Shown here one piece after another: positions 53,679-64,000 of a stretch of DNA of 64,000 nt. Position 1 is the first letter of the stretch, and every line of letters starts with the position of its first letter. The notes beneath the pieces were generated by a model. That model was not told where the DNA came from and searched no databases. It saw nothing but the letters and a program-made list of their open reading frames with translations. Both the position numbers and the translations under genes were made by a program. The stretch is from Octopus vulgaris (lineage: Eukaryota): positions 67,084,001-67,148,000 of the forward strand of contig OX597817.1 in assembly GCA_951406725.2 (NCBI GenBank), given 5' to 3'.

Positions 53679-54089
53679 CCTATTTCTTTACTACCCACAA
53701 GGGGCTAAACACAGAGAGGACAAACAAGGACAGACAAACGGATTAAGTCGATTATATCGACCCCAGTGCGTAACTGGTACTTATTTAATCGACCCCGAAA
53801 GGATGAAAAGCCAAGTCGACCTCGGCGGAATTTGAACTCACAACGTAACGGCAGACGAAATACCTATTTCTTTACTACCCACAAGGGGCTAAACACAGAG
53901 AGGACAAACAAGGACAGACAAACGGATTAAGTCGACTATATAGACCCCAGTGCGTAACTGGTACTTATTTAATCGACCCCGAAAGGATGAAAGGCAAAGT
54001 CGACCTCGGCGGAATTTGAACTCAGAACGTAGCGGCAGACGAAATACCGCTAAGCAATTCACCCGGTGTGCTAACGTTTCTGCCAGCTC
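53679..54089 (-). mobile_element. SINE family A tandem dimer
   Basis: A 184-bp unit is repeated directly; only one copy has the head. Confidence 0.9.
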
Positions 54090-56733
54090 AACGTTGCCAC
54101 ATCAACTCCTAAGTGGATGAGTAGTTGTTTCAACACTCAGTCGTAATACTGCAGAAGCTGCGTGGGGCACCTTCTTCTAGGTCAGAGGTTGTACTGAATG
54201 TTAGCAAGTAGTTTTCTTAGAACATAATCAGTTTCTCTCTGAAAATTCGTTCATTGACTTTGTTGCTATAAAAGTCAGAGCTATACGCATGAAATTTTTA
54301 GCATCTGCTCTGCTTCCTCCTAAAAGTAGAGAGAGATAGACAGACAAATACACAAACAGACAGATAGACAGACAGATAGATAGATGACAGATAGAATGAT
54401 TGATTGATAGGCATATAGTACATGTATGCACACACACACATATATGTATGTATATATATATATATATATATACATACATATATGTGTGTGTGCTTATGTG
54501 CTTGTGTGTGGGTGTGAGTGTGTGTCTGCTTCTAAAGATAAATTCGCTGCGTCACAATGTTTAAATTCTTTATTGCTTCTCACCTTTGTATGTTAGTAAA
54601 TATAACAAGACTATCATGTTGAAGATATTCTCAAAAAATGACGAAGCAGGTATGCCTGGTATAAAAGTAAATACTTTGAAACTCTGATACATCTCAGAGA
54701 CCTCATTCACATAAATTTTTACACACACACACACACACACACACAGACACAGACACATATATATATATATATACATATACGTATATACATATACGTATAT
54801 ACATAACACACACATATATATATATATAAATATACGTATACACACACACACATATACATACACACACACACACACACATATAACACATATATATCAGTAA
54901 ATTCTATTTCTAATATATATTAGGAGGACAACCGCACTCTTGGTTTTTTAGTCATTTTGTTTTTGTCGTTGCAAGACCCTCCAAGACATTGAGAGCCAGA
55001 ATGTGGTGCTAAACTTGATAAGCGATTACGTTCACCACCCCAATAAGAACAACTCGGGAAGGGGAATTAATGTTGGGGCTAAAATAATCAGTTGTCTGTC
55101 TCTAAAGATCTTCTGCTGTCATCGTCAGTCGCCCTCTATTTTAAGAAACTGTGGACATTTTCACAAATTCATTTGCTCCTATAATTTGTTTTCAATACTA
55201 CTGTAAAACTCTATTCCCATTGTTATTGCATATATATTCGAAATATGCCTAAAGCTTCCAGCCAGATGATTTCGTGGTATAATTACATGCACTTTGCTTG
55301 ATAATTTAACCAGTACATAGCCTAACACAGAGAGAATGCACTTGTTTAATTTCATATATTTAGTTGAAAAGACATGATTAACGGCAGTCAGACTATAATC
55401 ATTCCGTCTTTTTTCAGGTGCTGTGTCTAGCATCACATACACGACCTTTGGCTTGCTGCTATAGGAAGCAGTATACCAGTATATCGACTTACTCCTGTGA
55501 GGCTGTTGTGGTTGTTGATTGTTGTTTCGGCCATGTTGATTCCTGTTCAAGGATACCTGTCAGCCACGCCTGCCCAGTTTATTTAGGAATATATTGTCCA
55601 AATATGTTCTTGTTTTCCGTAAGATGTTTGACTGTTACTACAATGACATTTGTGTCCTGTTTCTGGCTGATCGAAAGAAGCTTCCTTGCTGGTTGTGGTT
55701 CTAAATCTTTTTGAAAAAATGTGTCAGGAAGTTTTTGCATCGAATGGAAAGTCAAAAATTACAGGTGCACGTCACACGGAAAGATATATAAAAAAAAAAA
55801 AACCAAAAATACAAAAACAACAAAACTACGATTCAAAATTCGAAAAATTAAAAAGGAAAATTATTGCTTGCTTCCTTTGTTTTATTAATCATACTTATGT
55901 GTAACAAAACTATGAACAACTTATCTTTTTAAGACGTTTAACATTACTGTGGATTTTCTGAAGTCTCAGGATTGTATTTTAAAAAATTCGCGACGCACCT
56001 AAATACCACTTGCGGCATATTAGTGCATTACGGTGTACTGTTTGAAAAACCACTGACCTACTGTATTAATAGGAACGGGATAGATTAAGAGTATTAGCAG
56101 GATACTGAACTAAATTTGCACTGAATTTTTAACAATTTCCTGTATGCTGTTTCTAAAAGGCGTTCTAAATGGTAAACGTGATGCCGTGGGTTACACAACG
56201 AACTAAAAGTAATCTTCATGTAAATTGAAATATATATACTCTCATAAAAAGAGCTTTCCTCGGCTCTCGAAATTTATGTCCGGTCTGGATTTGTTTTATA
56301 ACTTCCGTTCCCAATGATATCCAATTTATTTTTTATTTATTATTATTATTATTCTCATTATTATTTTTTGTCATTTAGAATTCATTAACTTCGAATCAAA
56401 TGTCTATCTAACCAGAACGACAACGCAATTAATAACATTAAGTGTTTCAACTAGTCTGTAACGCCTTGAATCACATAAAGCAATTAAATTACAATTTTCT
56501 CTTAATTAAAACCGTCATAAATATGAATTTTGTAAAGAACAACAAATTTATTTCAATTTTACTCATTATGTAAGCATTTATAACACATTCAAGATTTATC
56601 ATTTTCTTTTTATTTACATAATTTTTCTCTTATTCATGTTTTAGTTTAATTATTTAATACATCAAAGTTTGAAATAAACGTATGCCCGTGCGTGCATGTA
56701 TGCGTATAATTTATTTGTGTGTATACACTTATG

Positions 56734-56781
<48 letters not shown>

Positions 56782-57015
56782 TATGTAGAGGGAGTGACGC
56801 CGATAAACTCGATTAAGTGTATTCTATACTCAAAATATCTAGCTATCACCTATTGTGTATGTAAATGTTATATGTACCTATTTATTGGAGTTATATCGCG
56901 ACACTCTGCAGGATCCGGCGATATCAGCAAATTATCTCCGAATTAAAACATTTAAGCAGAATGTGACGATATGAATGTAAATTCTCAGTACTAAATTACA
57001 TTAGTTTGCAACTGG

Positions 57016-57060
<45 letters not shown>

Positions 57061-57080
57061 TTTGTAATATAACGCATGTG

Positions 57081-57112
<32 letters not shown>

Positions 57113-57635
57113 TGTATGTATGTATGTATGTATGTATGTATGTTTGTATGTCCCAACACACGAATAAAGGCATATAATTAGCCTAACTTCTCATTACATC
57201 TACAAAGATTAGATTAGAGATATATTATGCCTTTTAAGAAGGGGGACTGGCAGAATAGTTAAGTCGGACAAAATCCCTTAGATTATGTGATCCAGCTCTT
57301 TATGTTCTGAGATCAAATCCACTGGAAACTAGCTTAGCATTTTATCATTCCGAGATCGATAAAGCTAAATTCCATCTGGCACAGTGGATGGGCTTAATTT
57401 TTACAGTATTGGTCAAAATGTCTTGCGTTATTTATTCCTATCAGTTACATTGTGTTCACCTAGATTAAGGACCACTTGAGTAAAGCTCACGAGGGGCCAA
57501 AGCACTGGGGAATGTTGTGTTTTAAAGGGTGTCGTGGCTTTTCTTAGAAATTTATCATTTAAGCCAGGTACAATACTTAATTTTAAACACATTAAAAAAA
57601 TCTTTGTTCGGATTACTATGTGAATAGGACATTTA

Positions 57636-57845
57636 AGGCAGCAAGCTAGCAGGATCGTTAGCACACCGGGAAAAATGCTTAGTAGCATTTCGTCCGTCTT
57701 TACGCTCTGAGTTCAAATTCCGTCGAGGTCGATTTTCTCTTTCATCTTTTCGGGGTCAATAAAATACGAACTAGTTGAGGACCGGGGTCGATGTAATCGA
57801 CTTACCTCTTAACCTTAAATTGCTGGCCTGGTGCCAAAATTTGAA
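57636..57845 (+). mobile_element. SINE family A (further old copies near 29965, 32397, 36035, 37287, 39735, 40328)
   Basis: Head, core and GTGCCAAAATTTGAA tail. Confidence 0.85.
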
Positions 57846-59744
57846 TCTAATAAAAAGAAACATGACTGATGACGCACCAAACCTTTTTTAGTAATTTTTA
57901 TAAAAATTAAACACAGGACGTATTTGTCCACTAAATATTAAAAAAAGCAGCTCATGCTGGATGGGATATATAATAAAATGTGGATAATAAATTACTGTAC
58001 AAAATTAGCTTCTGTTGGAGTAAAACAATCTGAGATTTTGGATTTAGTTGTTTTCATTCGCAAAATATGCAATTTTTAAAAGGAAGTAAAAAATCTGAAA
58101 ATCAGCTATAATAATGTAGCCTTCCAGTCTCATTGCTTTGAAGGTATTATGTGGAGAAAAAAATTGGAGAAAAAAGTTACAGAGGTTTCAAAATCGAAAA
58201 AACTGTGTATATTTAGCCAACAGCTAGACAGAAATTTTCTGCGTTTAGTGGCGCGGTGTCAACTTTAAGGTTGTACCCTGTGAAATTTATTGTTTAGCGT
58301 CTGACCTGTTCATTGAAGGTTTCTAAATAAACAAAAATACCTAATAAAATCAACATGTATCATCATATTGTTTCTTTTATCTCTTTATTGATTGTCATTT
58401 TTTATTTGTTTAGTTTGTTATATTAATATATTTGTCTGCATGTGTTTGTGCATATTTTAGTATTATGTATACCTGTCATGTATTTGTGTACATCATTAAT
58501 ATATAATGCACGTGTGTGTGTATGTGCGTGTGTTTGTGTATGCGTGTGTTTGTGTATGTTTGTGAAAATGGGGCGTCTGTCTCCAAAACTTCAAAATTGA
58601 GAAACGTTTTCATGCTTGAATTTGTAAACTACGATAAGAATAACACTGGTCAACAAAGAATTTGTCCCAAGGAAAAGAATACCTGTTTCTTATATGTTTT
58701 TGTATGCAGAATTCAAACATAATGCCAAATTATCTGTATCACTCATAGTTTCTCTGTTCCACGATATCCCTCTCAGTTCATGTTACGTGGGCTAAATTTA
58801 AGTTAAGCTGTTGAAATGTGAAGCTAAGGGTTTAAGAAATACTTTTAATTTAAATTTTTCTGAATAGAATTAACCTAATCATAAATCCAGCTATCTGAGT
58901 CAATGAGTCTCAAAAATATATGAAATGAAAAATATGTAAAAATACTAACACACGGAAGCACAGAAAAATATGTAATATATTAACACACAGAAAAATTAAA
59001 ACAAAACACGCGGGCGAAAATAATCTCATGGTGTGAAGAATCAAGTGTGAAAAATCAACATAGACAACAGTGAACCACAATACAGCGTGCGGTTGTCATG
59101 GTAACAAGCTTCTAATGCCACGCTGTCTGTTGATTGGCTAAAACTACCCGAATTTCCCAATTTTAATTCCAAATAACATCAGATTCTTTAATTTACGAGA
59201 TAAAGTAATTGGTTGATCGTAATCAAAATTCAAAGCTGCAGCGATACACCTAAATTGAAAGCAATCTGAGCAAAATTAAGTGAGGATCATTTTGCAAATG
59301 AGGAAGACTAGATCCAAGATGTTTAAAAATATAAAGGATGGGAGAATTTCTAAAATACCATTCAGGAAAAGGTTGAGACTCATTGTAGAATAGTCATCCA
59401 TTAAAATGACACAACACATACACTTGCCGCATAACGTCGAGTTAACTGTGCTATGGGAAACAAGAATATAGGGAACATAAAAAAGGAAGACGGGCATGCA
59501 GAGTATGCAGAGTTGGTGAAAGTGTGCAAGAGAAATAGAGGGAGAGAAAAGTTACAGACTGTAGAGATCGGGTGCAGGGTCTAAGGTGTGGAGGAAATGA
59601 AACCTGTCGTTGAGTCTGGTTGAACGTGAAGTTGTCCGGATAATACTACACTGATCTGGTGCTTCAACTTAGTACATGATTCAACTGAATCTCAATTATA
59701 TATACATATATATATAGATAGATAGCTAGATTTATATATATATA

Positions 59745-59904
59745 TATATACATTATACATATATATAAATACACACACACATATATATGTATATATATAC
59801 ATATATATCATATAAATAATATATATATATATATATACACAAACACATTATACATATATATAAATACACACACGTATATATGTATATATTTATACATATA
59901 TATC

Positions 59905-59935
<31 letters not shown>

Positions 59936-60157
59936 CATTATACATATATATAAATACACACACACATATATGTATATATATATCATATAAATAATATATA
60001 TACACATTATACATATATGTAAATACACAAACACATATATATGTATATATATATACATATATATCATATAAATAATATATATATACATATATATACATAT
60101 TATACATATATGTAAATACACACAAACATATATATGTATATACATATATATCATATA

Positions 60158-60170
<13 letters not shown>
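59745..60170. repeat. Higher-order minisatellite of about 5 units (70-95 bp) built from TA/CA repeats
   Basis: Recurring ATTATACAT..AAATACACA..ATCATATAAATA anchors. Confidence 0.85.
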
Positions 60171-60208
<38 letters not shown>

Positions 60209-61436
60209 AACATACGCAAGCATATATGGGCACAGAACGTCACCAACAGTAAACAACATGAAATACCAAATCAAATGAGTTCAGTACACAAACAATGAGA
60301 AAAACAAATGGAAAACAGGACGAGTAACGTAAAGAACGACCCTTCATCAATTCTCGGCTGTCTATCTACTCCTCATTTCGAGCATTGAGCGACACTATGA
60401 GTCTTTGAAGACAGTTGCTTCCATAAGTACCAAAATAAAATTTGGGATTTATGGAAGGTCAAAGTTGGGAACAAAAACAGGACAGTGAAGACATACAAGG
60501 AAACCGAACGAAAACAAGTCCTGAAAGAAAAGAAAGATGATTACGTATGGAAGAGAAAGATGGACGATGGTCATGTGTGAGCAAAAAGAGAGAGAGAAAC
60601 GGAGAAAGAGTTAAAGAGAGAGAATACATTTCTCCAGAGTTCACTATTTTACCTTCGTTCTGGTTTAACGCCCCCCACCCCTATTTGTTTTCGTTCGGCT
60701 TCCTTGCATGAGTCTTATTTTAGCAAGTTTAAAGTGATTTCTTTTGTGATATAAACCATTTACCATTTCTGTGGTGCCCCACTTCCCTTGGTACTCTAAG
60801 CACGTTCTTATTTTGTTTAATGTGTAGTGATCCTATAACGGTGTGCGCGCGCGCACCGTCCATTTTCTATTTCGCGCGTGCGAGTGTTGGTGCCTTCACC
60901 AAGGCACAGAAAGGAAGGGCCCTCTCGCGCATGCGCGAACCACCGGAAGCACGACCCTTTTGCCTACGTGGTAGTTAGCCAAGGCAAGGGGGTCGTAGAA
61001 CGTTTGACCACTAGCAGCAGTCAGCGGGGACTTGAGACAGCAGCGACTGAAGGCGACGGTCACGAAATATTTTCTCTCCGTCTGGACTTGATTCTAGCAG
61101 CACCTTACCAAAAGGCCTTTAACCAAATTGTTGCAGACCAACATCGTCTCCATTGTTCGCCGCCATCTTTAACCCGTTCTGTTTTTAGCGGCTGAACATT
61201 GTAAATATTACAATCGATTAACTTTCAGCCTTGCGCGCCCAGAATCAAGGACATCAGATAACCACTTATTGTTACTGTTACCACATTAGAGAATAAAGTA
61301 GTATATATATCTTTTACGTCTGCGTCTTGTTGTTCCTGACTGGTAGAATTCTGGATTATTAAAGCAACGGCTAGTGATTGCTTTCTTGTACCCCGAAAGT
61401 ACAAGAGAAGATATATTCACACTAAGTTCGTTACAG

Positions 61437-61456
61437 TGGTGACCCCCCGACGTGAT
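61437..61456 (+). promoter_or_regulatory. Primer-binding site complementary to the tRNA-Trp 3' end
   Basis: TGGTGACCCCCCGACGTGAT versus expected TGGTGACCCCGACGTGAT (C-run 2 nt longer), 1 nt after the 5' LTR. Confidence 0.85.
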
Positions 61457-62972
61457 TCTGGTCTAAAACCAGAGATCACTTATCAACAAAAAAATCCAGT
61501 TTTTCTGCGAAGTCGGAACACGATTTAACTCTACGCAGTTATCATCTTTCGACGATTTGTTTCCGGCCACCACAAACAGTTGTAGAAGGAGCCTCTTTCT
61601 TATTCTACAGCCATGATGACGAACGCCATCGTATCAACGATGCCTTTTCTCCACCTTCGTCATCGCCATCGTCGTCTTTCTACTTCACGTCGTCGCTATC
61701 TTCGTCGCCATCATCACTAAGAACAATGTTGTCTCAAGTCCACTACAGTCGCCTTCCACCACCACCGTGGCCTTTCAACACCGTCGACCTCCACAAGATG
61801 TACATAGCAATTCGCGGAAGTTTAGTCCACTTGCCGTTTGTGCATTAGCACACCAAGGATTAATAGCACCGTCTATCTACGAGATTCTTCTGTTCCAGTT
61901 AACCTGTCACAGCATTGAAGCCACAACCGCTACACGATATGTGTTCAACCGGCATCTGCATTTGTGATTTCAACATTCTGTTACAGAACGAACTGCTATT
62001 GTGCATCAGGCTATTACAGACTGGTAAATTAACTCTTGTCTGGAATAGCCCCGAGAGACATTTTTTCTATGCGATGTATTTATTTTTTTGCTCGCATTTC
62101 ACCTTGTATGTATTTTTGTCGCACACACGTACACACACATAAATGCTATCTCTCACATACATACGTCACACATGCTTTTCTCGCTTGTTTTTCCATGCTA
62201 AATTTGCCTTTTGTGGACACACCTCATTTCTATAGACCCTAAGGGGTCACGTATACATAGAGAGGGTTGTTTGTTCATTATAACGCGTCAGCATGTCATA
62301 CTTTTGTTCCTGTGCGAACGAGGCATATAGTCGCTTAACCACTGGCATATTCATTGCTGTTTTTCGGTCTGGCAAGCCTTATTGCATTTCATGCGCCTTT
62401 TGCTCCGCACGTGTACTTGCCTTGTTTTTTGCAACACGTTTGCAGTTGGCTTAATACTTTTCCCGACTCATAGGACGTCGGATGTTCACATGCGTTGCGC
62501 CATGTTTAGGCGTAATTATTTTTCCCTGTTAGACCACTGTTGGTCACGTAATTAACAGAAAATTATCTGTGTCGCGCATTACACCAGCATGCTTGCACTT
62601 TTGCCTTTTGTGTTACTAGCGATCTTCTGTCAATTCCATTTCCTCTCCTGCAGCAATTGATTTAACTGCTATTTTGCAGGATCAACCACCTTTAGAGAAG
62701 TTGGATTTTAATTTCGCCTAGGTTCATTGACTGTGAGTTTTGCTTTCCCTCCGCTCCTTTCAGCGGAAGGGTTTATACTTTGTGACGTATACACTTTCAT
62801 GCATGCACTCTTGATTTTTGCTCATTGAGTATTTTTTCTCTTTTTCCTTTAGTAAATTTCTTGTGTATGTTATAAATTTTGCCATTTTATTATATTGTGT
62901 GCTATTTGGTTATCTGGTGTCCACCTTGAGTTTTGCAGTCACTACAATAAGTTTCCTTCGTGCGTACGCACT

Positions 62973-62981
62973 GGAGGGGAG
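62973..62981 (+). promoter_or_regulatory. Polypurine tract
   Basis: GGAGGGGAG, 3 nt before the 3' LTR. Confidence 0.8.
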
Positions 62982-63701
62982 CCTTGTAGTGATCCTATAA
63001 CGGTGTGCGCGCGCGCACCGTCCATTTTCTATTTCGCGCGTGCGAGTGTTGGTGCCTTCACCAAGGCACAGAAAGGAAGGGCCCTCTCGCGCATGCGCGA
63101 ACCACCGGAAGCGCGACCCTTTTGCCTACGTGGTAGTTAGCCAAGGCAAGGGGGTCGTAGAACGTTTGACCACTAGCAGCAGTCAGCGGGGACTTGAGAC
63201 AGCAGCGACTGAAGGCGACGGTCACGAAATATTTTCTCTCCGTCTGGACTTGATTCTAGCAGCACCTTACCAAAAGGCCTTTAACCAAATTGTTGCAGAC
63301 CAACATCGTCTCCATTGTTCGCCGCCATCTTTAACCCGTTCTGTTTTTAGCGGCTGAACATTGTAAATATTACAATCTATTAACTTTCTGCCTTGCGCGC
63401 CCAGAACCAAGGACATCAGATAACCACTTATTGTTACTGTTACCACATTAGAGAATAAAGTAGTATATATATCTTTTACGTCTGCGTCTTGTTGTTCCTG
63501 ACTGGTAGAATTCTGGATTATTAAAGCAACGGCTAGTGATTGCTTTCTTGTACCCCGAAAGTACAAGAGAAGATATACTCACACTAAGTTCGTTACAAAT
63601 GGTTAATCCAGCGCTGTACTCTACCGCCATCATATAAACAAATGATAACCAGCATTTAAAACTAACTTTGAATTAAAACTTCATAAACACACACACAACA
63701 T

Positions 63702-63765
<64 letters not shown>

Positions 63766-64000
63766 ACACACACAGATATATATATATATCTATAAACCAA
63801 AGTTTGGGCACTTAACTCATTTATTGAGAGTAACATGTATTGTTCAAACGTTATGATTTTGATTCCGTGCTCCTTAAAGATTCAATACCCTCAGTAAGGC
63901 CTTTCCTCAGGCCGGTGGAAATCCGAATTTCCACTAGTGTGAGGACAGGCTCCTTTAGGGACTTTGAAACTTTAAGTAGGACAGAAGCCGAATCAAAGAG

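Larger units (their letters stand above)
60823..63597 (+). mobile_element. Young non-autonomous LTR retrotransposon (Gypsy-like signals, no coding capacity)
   Basis: 613-bp LTRs TG..CA at 60823-61435 and 62985-63597, about 5 differences. TSD AATG at 60819-60822 and 63598-63601. PBS and PPT present. Confidence 0.95.

Noticed and set aside
52590-54710. Hammerhead-like strings at about 52597 (CTGAAGA) and about 54638 (TGACGA..GAAACTCTGA..TCAGAG)
   Set aside because: Several core positions are wrong and there is no stem I.
55350-55720. Possible decayed piggyBac Cys-rich C-terminus on the minus strand
   Set aside because: Needs several frameshifts and stop read-throughs; not supportable by eye.
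60878-61195. 105-aa ORF duplicated at 63040-63357
   Set aside because: Lies wholly inside the LTRs, starts at GTG and has no known motif; the duplication simply reflects LTR identity.
60823-61435. LTR element as a plant-style retrozyme
   Set aside because: No CTGANGA..GAAA hammerhead core found on either strand of the LTR.

Overview
AT-rich, microsatellite-saturated eukaryotic DNA. The SINE families and repeat landscape suggest an octopus (coleoid cephalopod) intergenic or intronic region; this taxonomic call is inference. No host protein-coding gene is convincingly visible, and almost all listed ORFs are translations of simple repeats. Recognisable content: a head-to-tail stack of R4/Dong-type RLE non-LTR retrotransposon fragments in (AAT)n repeats, one interrupted by a clean non-autonomous Helitron; a frameshifted, near-complete Penelope-like element (PLE; RT + GIY-YIG) plus decayed PLEs; several PLE-type hammerhead ribozyme motifs, some with a recurrent U4-to-C core change; decayed RTE and Gypsy fragments; many tRNA-derived SINEs; foldback/MITE elements; a U6 snRNA copy fused to a SINE/LINE 3' tail; and a young non-coding LTR retroelement (613-bp LTRs, tRNA-Trp PBS, AATG TSD). 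All alignments, translations and folds were done by eye.
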